From Haliotis rubra (lineage: Eukaryota), in contig NW_025765647.1 of NCBI RefSeq assembly GCF_003918875.1, positions 1,550,001 through 1,614,000 of the forward strand: DNA of 64,000 nt, written 5' to 3'. Below, one piece after another: positions 24,543-38,410 of the stretch. The position numbers and the translations under genes were made by a program. The notes beneath the pieces are model-generated. The model was not told the origin of the DNA. It saw only the letters and a program-made list of their open reading frames with translations, and searched no databases. Numbering within the stretch: the first letter of the stretch is position 1; the number at the start of each line of letters is the position of its first letter.

Positions 24543-26006
24543 TTATCGTTAGATAAAGACGTTTGATCAAAATGCCTCAGCAGACCCTAACAACATAGAG
24601 TCAACGCCTAAATATGTTATCGGGGGAGTCCAAACTTCTTTAAGGCAAGAAAACTTAAACAATTCATTGGGATTGTATGACGAAAATCACATAACCAGGA
24701 TACATTCATTTTCTTCCCAGACTGATATTGTTTCTGAGAGAATTTTTTTGTCAAAGCATTTGTCGAAAGCATGTAGACGTGAAGTGAATCTGAACTCAGA
24801 CGCTCCAAATTCAGTTTCCATAACAAGCCCATTTGGCTTAACTCCCACACAGAGGCAGTGGTACGTGACAATACTGATTTCGTTGGTAGAATTGTAGTTT
24901 TGGATGCAAAGTCTGTCTACCATATACTCACTATTGTTATGCTAAGCAACTATACGGCGAAACGAAGAAGCGCTCAATCGCAACGCAATCAGGAATCGAG
25001 GGCAAACATGAAGGCGTGGCTGGACTGTCCACAGGTCACAGGGCAATATGGATCCGAAACTCAGTTTATCCCTGGTGGCGTATATTTTTGTTCGGAACGA
25101 TTCATCCTATTATTTGTACTCCGCTATTTCCTTTTCTCAGATTCGATTTCAGTCAAGAAGTTGTAACAAAGCTTACCCTAAAACTTTGCAAATAAAGGCT
25201 CCAGAAGAACGACTGTTCACTGAAATATCCCCAAAACAATGCACAGTGACACCTTCAATCCAATCTGACTTCCAAACCTTGCGACATTTTTCAAAAGACA
25301 AAGAACAAATAGAGTACAAAGAATAATAATGTAAGGCTCTGAAACATTGAAAGTAGCTACAAATGTTGAAATAATCTATCTATATATATATTTATTATAC
25401 TTTTGGAAATGGTTTTGTCGCATATATTTACAAATGGCCGACGATGGTTACAGGTAATGCAACAACACTTCAGGACTCGTTGTTCCGACAGTACAATAAG
25501 CTCTGCCTTCAGCAGAGATTTCAGATAAAGGGAAGCATTTTGTCATCTCTCTCATTTCTATATGCAACAGAGAGTAAGTTTTAAGTCATCATATTTTGGA
25601 CTGTTTGCTATTTGACACAGTCACCAGTAACGTATTTTAAGTAATAGCTGAATCAGACAAATCACTGATTTCAGAAACTCGGTATGATTTCACACACGTC
25701 ATCAAGCCTTACCACCCATGTAAGTCACCTCTGACAACAAACAAACGATACTACCGATGCTCCGAATTCCGAAGGGAATAACGTTACCTGGGCAGTGTAT
25801 GATCACATCCAAAACGAAGTCATCTGTAAATGAAGCTACATTTATTTATCACGACACAAGGAAGTTTCTAAGGCAACCTAACTTTCAACGAAGTATGTCA
25901 TGTGTTGTATGTTCCCTGGAGCGGAGTTGTGCAATAAGTTATTTTGTTATCACATAGGTAATGAATTCACTCAGTCATTGCAATAAATGTCGACTGTCGT
26001 TAATTA

Positions 26007-26110
26007 TGCTCATGCCAATAATGGTTGTCACCCCCTCCCCACCCCACACCCACCCCACATCCCTCTCCAAAAAAAAATTGAAGGGGTGACAACCATTATT
26101 GGCATGAGTA
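26007..26110. mobile_element. 104-bp hairpin MITE with TA target-site duplication
   Basis: ~28-bp TIR t(g/a)ctcatgccaataatggttgtcacccc; empty TA site in the paralogous copy (taatTAtaaatact, ~45087). Confidence 0.9.
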
Positions 26111-27149
26111 TATAAATACTCCTGTTCTTCAACCTTCAACCTACACGTCACACGACATGACCGTTGAGAATCACAATATTACCAGGGCATATCATGGTAA
26201 TGGTTCTGCAGTTCCACGTGCTTGGTTAACAGTGATTACAATGAAAAGTCATTCCTGCACAGCTAGAGACTTGAATCAGCTTTCAGCTTTCATACCACTG
26301 TTTGTTTTCAATGTCTGTATGTGTAGCTTTGTCATTGCTAAGAGGATTTTATCGATCTAGTAAGGTTCCTATTTCTCAAAGTGTTTTCAGGAGACTTCGT
26401 AAGCCAGTGTTAATCTATTTGAAATCAGAGTATCACTGCAATAGTAAGCTGACGTACAAAAGAAAGATCACACCTGATGTTTTGGAATTATTTTCCAAAT
26501 CCCAAGTAGATATTTTGAAACATTTTCTGATTGCGACTTGAAAATCACAAGTTTTGTATACGTGTTGCCAGACATGTTTTGAGTTTGGCAAATGGAACGT
26601 CTTTGTTAGGTCATTTGGGTACGAACAAAACTTGTGACAAAATGTTGTCCCATTACTAATTTTCGGCATGTGTGTTGGCAAAGATAATTAAAGATAATCA
26701 GATAAATACCTTCACCTTGGTTGGGCAATAAGTACATGTATGCTCACATGGTGTCCAGAGGCTGTTCCTTTACGGAAGATTACGGCTCAAGTCATGCTGT
26801 TGATCACTGAATTGTCTGGTCCAGACTCGATTGTTTACAGACCGCCGCCATATAGCTGGAATATCGCTGACTGCGGCGTAAAACTAAACTCACTCACTCC
26901 AAAGCTTGTGAAGTTGCAATGGAAAATTTGAAAGAATCCGAGGACAAGATTGTAACATATGTATACATGGCCAACAGAGGCTCACTAAATATAGCATTAT
27001 TAATATTACTAGTTATAGGTTTGCAGTATATACTAAGGGGGGATCACTCTCATCGGACTTCCTGTAGAAGGCTATGTGCTCACAGCACCAGCCACTGTTC
27101 ACATGACAGTTCCTATTATAGCTTTCTAACACGAAGCTCAACCTTGTAA

Positions 27150-27455
27150 CTTCCTTACAAAGATGAAAGAACAGAGACATTTCCGTCCTGGCGATAAAGT
27201 GTTAGTGTTTACGCCAATCCCTCGTCAACAATTACGTGCTAGGTTCATGAGAGATGTGAGTTTGTAGGTTTGATGAGAATGCTGTTTGTGATTGAAATTT
27301 AAGCCACGTGTAAGCTAGGTTGCTTACCACCTGAATGAACAGCTCAAGTGTCGGAGTTCATTCAAGAGTTCGCTCACTTCTTTCCGGGTGTACCTGGCCA
27401 TACCAATTTAGCATGCCAGGATGTAGATGTAGGTGATGTTGTGCCTGTGAAATAT
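27150..27455 (+). mobile_element. Ty3/Gypsy remnant (integrase C-terminus followed by pre-RT segment)
   Basis: KMKEQRHFRPGDKVLVFTPIPRQQLRARF ... FIQEFAHFFPGVPGHTNLACQDVDVGDVVPVK. Confidence 0.7.
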
Positions 27456-27806
27456 CACAACGAGTTCTTTTACAGACTAATTCCCGGTTACGTTCCTATT
27501 TCCAACTTTGGAATAAACACGTAATTCATGCAATTGGAGAGCAGAGCGATGTCTGTCTGTCCGTGATATTTATTGCATGTTGTTCAATACCGCACTCGGC
27601 AATATTTATGTTATATTAACGTGGACAAAACAAACCCCTAATATGAAAAGCAATGTCCCCACGATGGATCAAGAAATGAAGGAAATTAAGGGGGGAAGTG
27701 GGTACACAGTTGAAAAAAATAATTCGTTTCAGGATAATGAAAACGCAAGCAAATCCTCTGAATTTTTAAGAATCCACATTGATTAAAATTACTTTCTGTG
27801 AATATA

Positions 27807-28180
27807 TACTACCCATCAAAAGTTTAACTTAATAGTGTAAATGTAGCCACTTACTTCAGTCAACTGTTCTATACTAGATTTTGCAACATATTTCATACTG
27901 TTTAAAGGTACTGTTTATACATGAACTGATGTATAGTAAAACAGATTCGGAACCCTGAAAAGATTTTTGTCATGAGTTCAGTAAATGATGGAAATAACAA
28001 AACTTTACACCAAAACGCAACTGTTCACATGCACGATACTTGCACATGGTTTTTAGCAATTTGATGCATGATCCTCGTGCAATTCATCTGCATAAATTCA
28101 TCTTCGATGTAACTATATATATATATATACATAACATATAGTGAGTGCTTTAAGTGAGTCTAAACTTTTGATGGGTAGTA
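27807..28180. mobile_element. Tc1/mariner-type MITE with TA TSD
   Basis: TIR tactacccatcaaaagttta / taaacttttgatgggtagta; absent at the paralogous site (~46465). Confidence 0.85.
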
Positions 28181-28669
28181 TATAAAAGGCATTCCCTATT
28201 GACCTTTCTTAGAGATACATGGTCGTTCATTCGCTGGACCCAGCATACAATTTCTTTCACTCTCTCTGCGGTTTGTTTTAGCTTTGGAATTGGATTTGAA
28301 AACGGAATTGGCATGTCCTAGGATTTTAGGTCAAACCAAAAGTCGTATTTACTGAAGCATGGTTTTGGCAAATATATTCTTTAGTTATTGGCTTTACATT
28401 TGGCATTATTTGATGTATCACTAATATTAAATTCAGTGATGAAATGATCAATTTAGGGATGCTTATATGTAACGATTATGTTTTTTGAGACCTTGTCAAG
28501 GAACAATTACAAAGATATTCATGAAAGTCTGACCAAGCTGATTGGAACAGAACTGTTCTGTTTCATTATTGCGTCGGGTTTTAGGAATTTCATATTATAC
28601 CAGCAATAGGGGTAGCTTAGTGGTTAAAACTTTCCCTCCTCGCACCGAAGATCCGGGTTTGACTCTTTA

Positions 28670-30310
28670 CATGACAAGCCAATTTCTGGTGTCCATCGCC
28701 AAGATATTACTGGAATGTTGGTAAAGGCAGCGTAGAACCATACTCATAAGAACACCGATTTTAAGTCTGAAAGAGATTCAACAAGTTGTTCGACTTATGC
28801 GTTGGCACCATCCACAATGACTATAGACTTTGGTCCTAATGACCAGGAGGCTGCTACGATATTGTGGTCCATATGTGAATAACAGAGGAAGTTTGTTATC
28901 ATCAACACAATAGAAGTCGTCATTGTGACCTACAGGCTGATGACAGTATGATGAGTCTTGTCTGGGAAAAGGATAGGAATTTATCTTGAGCTGTCAAGTC
29001 TACTTGAACGGCATGGATGAACTAGTGTAAAGGAAAATGAAATGTTAACGTTTCCTGAAATTTGAACATTGTGGGACATTTTGGTAAAGTCATGTTTGTC
29101 TGAGAATATTACTTACATTTCAGGCATCCAGTTCACACTTTTCAAATTCCAGAATATCGTTTGATGTGGATGAATCTGTTTCTGTTTTTACCAAACGTTT
29201 AAAAATTAATGTACCTTTGTTCACTTTACCTTTGTTAACTTTTATAACACTGCTTTGCTAACATAAATTAATGTACCTTTGTTCACTTGTACCTTTGTTA
29301 ACTTTTATAACACTGCTTTGCTAACATAAGTTGCATAGAATAGAAAGCTATTGTTAGGAGTTCATCAATTTTGAAAAAGGTAATGTACTGAACGGTTGTC
29401 ACTATATGCAGATGCATTTCTATTTTCACGATGTCATACCGAACCTTTTACCACGTCTGCATTTTTAGGTGCGTTTGGTCATCAGAAAACACACTGATGT
29501 TGGTGATAACAGTCAATTTGGATTGAGGAACATGTTAAAAAACGGTACAATCATGATAAAAACACCACCTTGTAAAAACAAAATTTTGCATTTGGTTTTG
29601 AAAGGTGAAAGGTTTCTTTGGCGGTTCAGTATATGTCAAGCCAGTTTCTGGTGTGCCCCGCTGAGATATTACTGGAATGTTGGTACATGCGGCGAAGAAC
29701 CCAACTCATTTTCTCTCCCAATAAGAACTCCGATTTTAGGTCTGAAAGTGATTCATTAGTTCCTCTTCTCTGTTGAGCTTATGCGTTGGCACCACCCATA
29801 ATGACTATACACTTGTAATCCTAATTACCAGGAGGCTGCTGCGATCTTTTGGTCCATATGTGAATAACAGAGGAAGGTTGTTATCATCAACACAACAGAA
29901 GTCGTCATTGTGACCTACAGGCTGATGGCAGTATGATGAGTCTTGTCCGGGAAAACGAGAGGAATTTATCTTGAGCTGTCAAGTCCTCACATTGAACGAC
30001 ATGGATGAAATAGTGTAAATGAAAATGAAATGTTAACGTTTCCTGAAATTTGAACATTGTCGGACATTTTGGTAAAGTCATGTTTGTCTGAGAATATTAC
30101 TTACAATTCAGGCATCCAGTTAACACTTTTCAAATTCCAGAATATCGTCTGAAGTGGGTGAATCTGTTTCTGTTGTGACCAAACGTTTAGAAAGCAACAT
30201 AGCTTTGTTCAAACTTTTATGATACTGGTTTGTTTACATAAGTTGCTTGCTTACACAAAGAAGATATTGTTAGGGGATCATCAATTTTGGAAAAGGCAAT
30301 ATACTTAATG
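28670..30310. repeat. Local duplication of ~700 bp (28670-29395 versus 29638-30310) separated by a Tc1 end fragment
   Basis: Colinear near-identical blocks; single copy in the second duplicon (~47735-48410). Confidence 0.85.
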
Positions 30311-32679
30311 GTTGAAGACAAATAGACCTGATTCATGAGAAACATGTCAAACTCTATCTCACAGAACACTAATTCCAGTCTGTTGAACACTTACCGTTAC
30401 AGACAAAAGCTATATCGATTTTGAGGGTTGTCCTTTGTTGGTACTATGTGTCTCAGAGAGCAAGCTCTAAGACACCCAGATGCCAAGCGGAACTGCATAT
30501 CAACTCGACAAGACAATACAATAATTACAACTAACTAAACAAGCGGAGTGTAACGGCATACGATCAGCCAAAGTTATAAACACCAACATCATTTAGGCGG
30601 TGCGAGAACTTTTTGGCATTTACGTTTTTACACAAAACTGCTATTGACTAGAGTCAAATTTAACCGGATTTTAAGTTTCCCACATAAGATAACATGATAC
30701 TTAACCTTGGTGTCCACAATAAATGAGTTGTCATTTAATTGAAAATATCATTTCTTTTATCTGTACATTTGATACAAGATACTGATGGAATTAATCCAAG
30801 TTTAGGTTGAGCAAACACTTCAAGCGTTCCACCACCCACCAAGCCTATTTTCTTAAGGATTGATGAGATAAAACCTACTGTGTTCTGACATTTGATATTA
30901 TACCATTATACAAGTAAATTAATTAATAACTGGACTGCTGATGAGGAGATATTATAACTGAGTGCAGCATGATATTGCACAATCAAATACATAGAACAAT
31001 CAAACTATGAAACAATTGAGAATAAACTCAAGTTGTATAGGTAGAGAATGTCCGCGCAAAAGTGAGTGAGTGAATATTGCTTAACGCCGCATCAGCAATG
31101 TTTCAGCTTTTCCCGGCGAGCAGCGCAAAAGAAAACCCAGTCTTGACTATCCTCAGAAACAAACCCCGTTTGATGTAAAGGGAAAAATAGCTGTGAAATC
31201 TTTTATGAATGGATCCTGAAAATCAGTGATGACACCAGGTGTTCCCGACAAAAGTAAGCGTGTCCTGCCCTACGGTAGCACCCGCCATTCACCCAAATTG
31301 CCTAAAAACCGGTGTAGTTTTACCTGTTGTTGTACAGCAGTACTCCTGCCTTGAGACGGTGACATGCACACACACCAGACAATCAGGTGATCAATAAACC
31401 GGAAAATGCAGTTAGATAATTTGGAATTACGACCGCTGTATGGATATTCAGAGATTCCGATGTTTATAAGTACAGAATATGGGAAAGAGAATTGTGTTAC
31501 AACACATTGAGGTCACTTGTAATGTCTCGGACCAAAAATTTCTTTTGTAGTTTATTCAGCATACTGAAATATGCAACTGAGCTTATGATGAATCTCGGGG
31601 CATTCAGTCAACCAACCGAAACATCGACCCAGATGAATTAGCTATAGAACGTCAGTGCTAAAGAATACCCAAGGAATTAAGAACACAGCCAAGGTGTATA
31701 TGGATTTCCAGTTGAATACTGATAAAGACAATACCAAATGGATTGGCTCAGGGACTGGCAGTAAGGTCAAACTATATCACACGTTCATATCAGAATAACA
31801 TAAAGGGCATCTTGACCCATTCTGTGATAACCAGTGGTTGCTCAATTAGAATATTAATGGGTAATGAACACAAGGAAAAGACCTGAAGCAGAATTACAGT
31901 AAACATAATAAGCCTTACACTGATTGTTGTTATAACAACATTATCAGCATTTGTTGTCTGCCTTACCTACACCCCCCACCGACATTTATTAAATTACTAA
32001 ATTTAATTTTGGAGTGATGCATCTGTGATGGAAAAACAAAACAAAATTAGTACACATCACTCTGTTTTAACTGCAGTGAGACTGGGTCAGATCACGGATA
32101 AATAAACAAGCATATTCTCACTGGAATATAACAATCAAAACTGATATACTGAAAAAACTTATTTCAGTATTCCTTTGTATATGTTTATGACGGTTATGGC
32201 GGGGTACTTTTTTGCGAACACCTGATCTCATGGCTGTTTGAGAGTGATTCATACACACATGCTCAGGATAAAGTTGAACACTCGACTTTGCTTTTAGTTC
32301 ATTATGGATGCAGAAAGGCTTTGTGGCTTTTACTTATATGAACCAAATTAATTTGCAGAAACTGCTGTGCTCAGAAAACAAGTGAACTGTTGCTATTCAA
32401 GAAGGCAATTTATGCCTGAATGCATCCGTGATGCACGTGCATCTCGATTTCAATGTTGTGTTTGTGCGAACTCTTCTCTTTCCACAAACAAAAACATGTC
32501 TAACCTCAATCTCAAACAATACTTTATTGTGCAAAACAGGCTATACGACCATGATTAATGTTTTCCTCAAACTTTTCCGGTGTATTTTGAAAAAATAGTT
32601 CAAATACTCCATTGATGCTTATATGTCATTTCCAATATTATGACGTTTCTTTCGCCTTTCAGTATAGCTGGAAAACTGC

Positions 32680-32837
32680 GCAGGGGTGGCCTAGTGGTGA
32701 AAGTGTTCGCTTGTCACGCCACGACCCGGGTTCGATTCCCCACATGGGTACAATGTGTGGAGCCCATTGCTGGTGTTCCTCGCCGTGATGTTGCTGGAAT
32801 ATTGCTAAAAGCGGCTAAAAACTAAACTCACTTACGC
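32680..32837 (+). mobile_element. Family C SINE at the duplication junction
   Basis: Paralogous to 15130-15285, sharing the same small deletion (cacgccacgacccggg). Confidence 0.85.
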
Positions 32838-34704
32838 ACTGTTGTTGTTCGACCCAGGTGATCTGAACTACTTGGTACCATGATGTACTGAAGTTCACCC
32901 TTAGGGTTTACAAACTTTAACAAGGAACATAATTACAGTTTAGGAAACAATTTATTTAGCTTGAGAAACACGTTATTCAAGTATAAAAACACAACTAAAC
33001 AACAACAACAATAAATACATGCCAAATGTCACGTAGGTTTCTATGATGGAATCGGTCCCATCTTATAAGGGCAATGATGCCAGGCTCCGGACCAAATGGT
33101 TCACAAATGTCCAAAACAATTGTGTTGGTACTTTCAACAATATATATATAAAATATTCTCTTAGATAATTTCCAGACACCAAAGAATATTACATGAAGCC
33201 TAATCAACAGGAACAGACTGATCCGACTTGTTGTTTCCAATGCAAATAATTGTTAGCAGCAACATTCCAGACATCTCAGATGATATAAAAATGTGGCGCC
33301 ATGTCGCAGATTTGTCAAGGACATTCATCACGCCCAGCTTGTTGGTGTCGTAAATATATGTAACTGAGTTATTTGGACATTTTGACCCGTCGAATATACA
33401 CTATTAATTAAAGCGTCAGATACTGTAGAGACCTGAATGTTTCTTTTAATTGAATGGCCAGATTTAGTATGATGGAATCGTCCACAGTGACCCCCTTCAC
33501 AACGCCATAGAAAATAATAAGAGAAACATTTCGACAATTAAAAAACACACCAAACGAATCTAATGTACGATTCCTACCATACAACATCTAGTATAGCATG
33601 TGTTTATTAACAACAATGCAATAGTGATGACACCGGGGGTTCGCGAAAAGATGAGCGTATCCTGCCTCACTGGTGGCACAAGTCACAAACACACGCAAAG
33701 GCATGTCAATAGATAAATTACAAACACGGGGCCATATCGTACAAGTCAGAACAGGGAATATTTACAGCATACGCGAGAGAATCTCCACTATTACAGCACG
33801 AACATTATAGTGACACAAAGAAGCAATTTCAGTAATGTCTGTAGTTGTGTAGAAATTTCAAAATGGCTAATATCTTCCTGGAGATGACAAGGCTTTATGG
33901 ATGATAATCTTCTTTATTTTGACATATCATGCTTGGTATGCTTGGAAGCGGTATAAGAATCGATACCGAAACGTCGCCATTGTTAAAATAAAAAAATTGA
34001 TCATCCATAAATTCTAATCATCTCAATTTTGTAGAATGCCACTCAAACAAATAATATCCGCCTGTCATGTCGGTGGTCTAGCAGGTGCATGAGGATCCAA
34101 CAGATCACTACTATTGGGACGTTGTAGAATGTCTATCGTTATTATAGTTCAGCAACCCGTAAATCTTGGTTGACATGTCATCGTATTCCAGCTGCGTAGA
34201 TCGATGCTCATGCTTTGATCACTGCATAATCTGGTCCATTTTCGATTATTTCCAGACTTCCGCCATTTAGCTGGAATATAGCTGAGTCGGCATTAAACAA
34301 CAAATAAAGAGAACAACTTGTGTTGGGACATTGTGGAAATGTATATCTTCATGATAGCTGTATTTTGTACGGCATGTGAGGGATAATGCATTGTCTACCA
34401 GTTGCTGATTCTGTTACGAGCTTTTCTTCCTCTACATTTGTCGAAGAGGAAGAGGATGATGAACACCAGGAGCTCCGCGATCTCTGCGACTGTGAGCAAG
34501 CTGGCTCCGAGACACAATCCCATCTGACCCCCGACATTGGCTGCAACAACAACACCATCACATGAACGTCTACGTCGTGACAGAAATGAACTCTGACGTA
34601 TGATAATTCTGAAAAACGCATTAACAGCTCAATGGTTGTCATATGGTGCAGAATGTACGACTCTGCTGTTAGTGCCAATTATCCTCTCATGGCCAAGGGA
34701 CGTA

Positions 34705-35490
34705 CAGTACAACCAGAAATTAGTGAGATTTTAAAGATTGTAAATCTTTTATTTTTTTCACTCATTACTCACGTATTAAATGTGAATATAAGCAGAACAT
34801 AACTCCAGATTCAAAGACAGGTGAACAGTTAGTGTTTTGTCAAGTCACTATGGCCAGCAATGCAGGCTTCAATTGGGCGGGGCATACTACTGATTAAAGA
34901 TGTTAGAAAGTCTTTGTCCATACTGTCCCAATATCGGACCACCTCTTCTTTCATTTCAGCAATATTTGTCAGAATTTTCTTATTGACACTTTCCTTCATA
35001 AGTCCCCAAACATTTTCTATTGGATTTAGGTCAAGGCTATAGCTTGGCCAATCTAATAATGTCATATTTTGGGTCCGAAACCAGGCCTGTGAATTCTTTG
35101 AACGATGTTTTGGGTCGTTGTCCTGCTGGAAAATCCAAAAATTTCCATAGAACACGTGAGCAGATGGAAGTATTTGTCCCTCGATAATATCTGTGTACCG
35201 CTCACTGTTCATATTCCCTTCAAATACACAGAGGAGCGTTGCCCCTAACACAGATATGCCACCCCACACGTTAAATTTCGGACTGTACTTTGGGCGCTGA
35301 TACAAAGGTTTTTCAGTTTGTTTGGTTCAGAATTTCAGTGTATTAGGAAACAGCCACACAGAACTTTCATCTGAGAAAATCACATTGTCCCAGTTAAAAT
35401 TTCTATGCTGTAAGCACCAGTTCAACCTTCGCTCCTTTTGTTCAGGTTTCATGATCGGTGATGGAATTCCTCGACTTTTCTGCCAACCCA
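34705..35490 (-). mobile_element. 5'-truncated Tc1 (DD34E) transposon in intron 7 of paralogue B
   Basis: VIFSDES, VWGGIS, FQQDNDPKH, WPSYSLDLNPIEN (34 residues between D and E); one end cagtacaaccagaaatt after TA; frameshift near 35320. Confidence 0.9.
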
Positions 35491-38195
35491 TGCCAGTTAT
35501 CCTCTCATGTCTAGGGGACGTATCTCTGTACACCAAATTCAGACGCTCCAAGCCAAATTGTGACCCGTCCAAGGTTTTTATGATATAGGGGAGCTTTAGC
35601 AATTGGATACTTACAAAACAGAGAAGCCACGGTGTATTGAGGTTGTTGTGTGATGGATGTCACCATCATCCGGTCGTAAAACACTTTCAGCTCCAGATAG
35701 TTGTCTCTGAATAACACACATCGGCAAATAGTTATTATATATTCGTGGCATATACATCTATAGCACATTTACTGTGATTAACTCCGCTGAGATTTTGAAA
35801 ACCCACGAACATAGCGGTAAAAGACAAAGGATTGGGATTGGGATTCAAACCATTCACCAGCGACGTTGGCAGTAAGGGGCAGACAACTCTCCACAGTCTG
35901 ATCAAATGCCCTTTATGTGACCGATATGGCGTCAGCATAACAGCGGTAACATTTCGTTCTTTTTGTTGCTTTAATGGCCAAGATTTTATTCGGGTGTTCC
36001 GAGAGCAAAACCTTTAAGATGGAAGTGCCCGATTTTGTCGACAGAACTCAAACATAAACCATTATGTTTGAAGCAAGTAACATTAACATTGAAGCTTTTA
36101 TAAAGTACTGAACTGGGCAATTCTGAGGTATTCGGGCGACATTCATTGAGATTGAAACCTACGGTTTTAAACGGAGATATAGTGTGAGTATTTGAACCAC
36201 GAAACCCTTTCCACATTAATGATAAAGCAGAGTCGACAGAACTATTCCAAATATATCATAAACATTTGCAACACCAGGTGTTTGCGAAAAGGGGCACCTG
36301 TCCTGTTCCATCGCGTAACCCGTCATAACACTACTGACGGAAAGAAATTTCCATGATTTGTTTTTAACATTTGTTAAATCAGAGCGTTGAGAACATGGAA
36401 CTCTTACTCCATACTCTTCCTGTCCCTTGCCCTCGTGTTTTTGAGAAGAGTGGATTCCCATTTGTCTGCAGGGAAGGAGCTGGAGGACACCTGGGCCGTG
36501 TACCTGTCGAACACGCACTCGCTGGCACAGCGACACTCCTCCACGAAGGTGCCATTCTTGGACAACGATCCTCGTGAAAGAAAACTCGCATTAAGCAATG
36601 TTTACACGATTTGGATATTCCCAAATACACTAAACCAACTTCACTGGTTTCAGCAACAGGTATGTCTGATGTTGAACCACTTGGTTACCCAAGCGGGAAC
36701 CTCAGCCTTGACTCTGATATTTCCAAATAAATCGAAGGTTAGCTCTGGATTGTGGTTTTTCCAACAGGTACGAGGGTTGGTTGACAAGGTCTGAGCCTCA
36801 ACAAGATGTGTCTGTGTAATAAACACACCTGAAGCTATTGATTAGTTGATCGATGTATTCATTTCATTCCAGTTATTCACTGCATGTTTTATAAACCGGA
36901 AGTGTGTCTTTGCCAAACACGAAGACCATCCGATCCCGTTAGTCGCTTCATACGACAAGCATGGGCTACTGAAGACTAATTCTAACCCAGGTCTTCACGG
37001 GTATCCTATTGAGGGTAAATAGCTGATATACTCACTAACAGCAGGATTGTAACAAGTATCCAGGTCAACTAGAGAGCACCGAAGATCATCCACTGTAATG
37101 AAAATCAATAAAACACTGTTGGTGATTAGTCACAGGTGAGTATATTTTGACATGTGAGATAACAGTTTTGTCGTGAGAGCCTGCCATGAGTAATACAAGC
37201 GTCAGTTGGCAGGTATGTACAGTACATCGTAGGTCTGTGTCGTATTACGCCTCTTCTTCAAAAGAAGTTCTAGTATCGTTCCTGGAGGACTGCAGTATTC
37301 CACTCAATATGAACTGATGTAAATGTCTCACAAATCAGTCAAATACTTACATGGGACATAAGGTCCGACACATCCACACTGTCGAAATGCCTTCACCTGA
37401 ACACACTCCATGAAGCAATGGTCGTAGGTGTAGCGGGAGTAGATCTTCAGGGGATTCACGAAATTGTGACTGTTTGTGTCCAGGCAAATAGTGTCATCAA
37501 ATGCCTTGTACGGGAGGGGCTGGTAACTATACTAGAAACGAAAGTCAATAATCTATTTGAAATGTCTTGAAATTGTGGGGCCAAATGCATGCATGTCGAG
37601 AGTCCATGGTTGTATGATGACGGACATTGCATTGGATATGACCACCAAATACACAACGACCTAACATAATATTTATCGCGATGATACTTAAATAGTTTAA
37701 AGCGCTGATTTTGATAACTGATTTGTCAGATTTATTGACACCATAAAGAGATAATATTCATAAATATTATGGTTAAATGCTTGAAAAAAACCATGTCCTT
37801 CTCTCGTACATAAAATATGCTTATTTGATTGTAGGACTACTGAATTTGTTTTATTGTACGATATCATATACATCATTCATAAAACTTTGTAGGCAGGTGC
37901 TCGGACTCATTTTGGGAGCAAAAACATCCCAAAACGAACTGATATATATCGCAAACAAGAAATTACTATGTAGACATGGATATGAACACGTGTGTAAAAT
38001 ATAACTCTGTTAACTAATTATAAGAAAATTGTTGAAAATTATCAATGTTGGAGACTTCTCTGGAGCTCTCAATTTTCCACAAGGCATAACTAGGATGCTT
38101 CCTTGGTGCTAAGTCCATAACATTGTGAGCGTGTCCCCAAGTAATCAGAATATAAACTCAAACATACCTCCTATATTCAAGCATATTTACTTGTC

Positions 38196-38410
38196 ACCCG
38201 TGAAGATCTTCAACTACCCATGCTTGTCGTAAGCGGTCACTAACGGGATCGGGTGGTCAGGCTCGCTGACTTGGTTGACACATGTCATCCATTTACGTAG
38301 ATTCATGCTAACGCTGTTGATCACTGGGTTGTCTGGCAGTCTCGGTTATTTACAGACCGCAGCCATATAGCTTGAATATTGCTGAGTGCGGCGTTAAACA
38401 ACAACAAACA
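38196..38410 (+). mobile_element. Family A element in intron 3 of B (orthologous copy at 20336-20511 in A)
   Basis: Family A match at the same intron position in both paralogues. Confidence 0.8.

Noticed and set aside
24600-25330. Cluster of overlapping short ORFs unique to the A duplicon
   Set aside because: No recognisable motif or consistent exon chain; probably unclassified repeat debris
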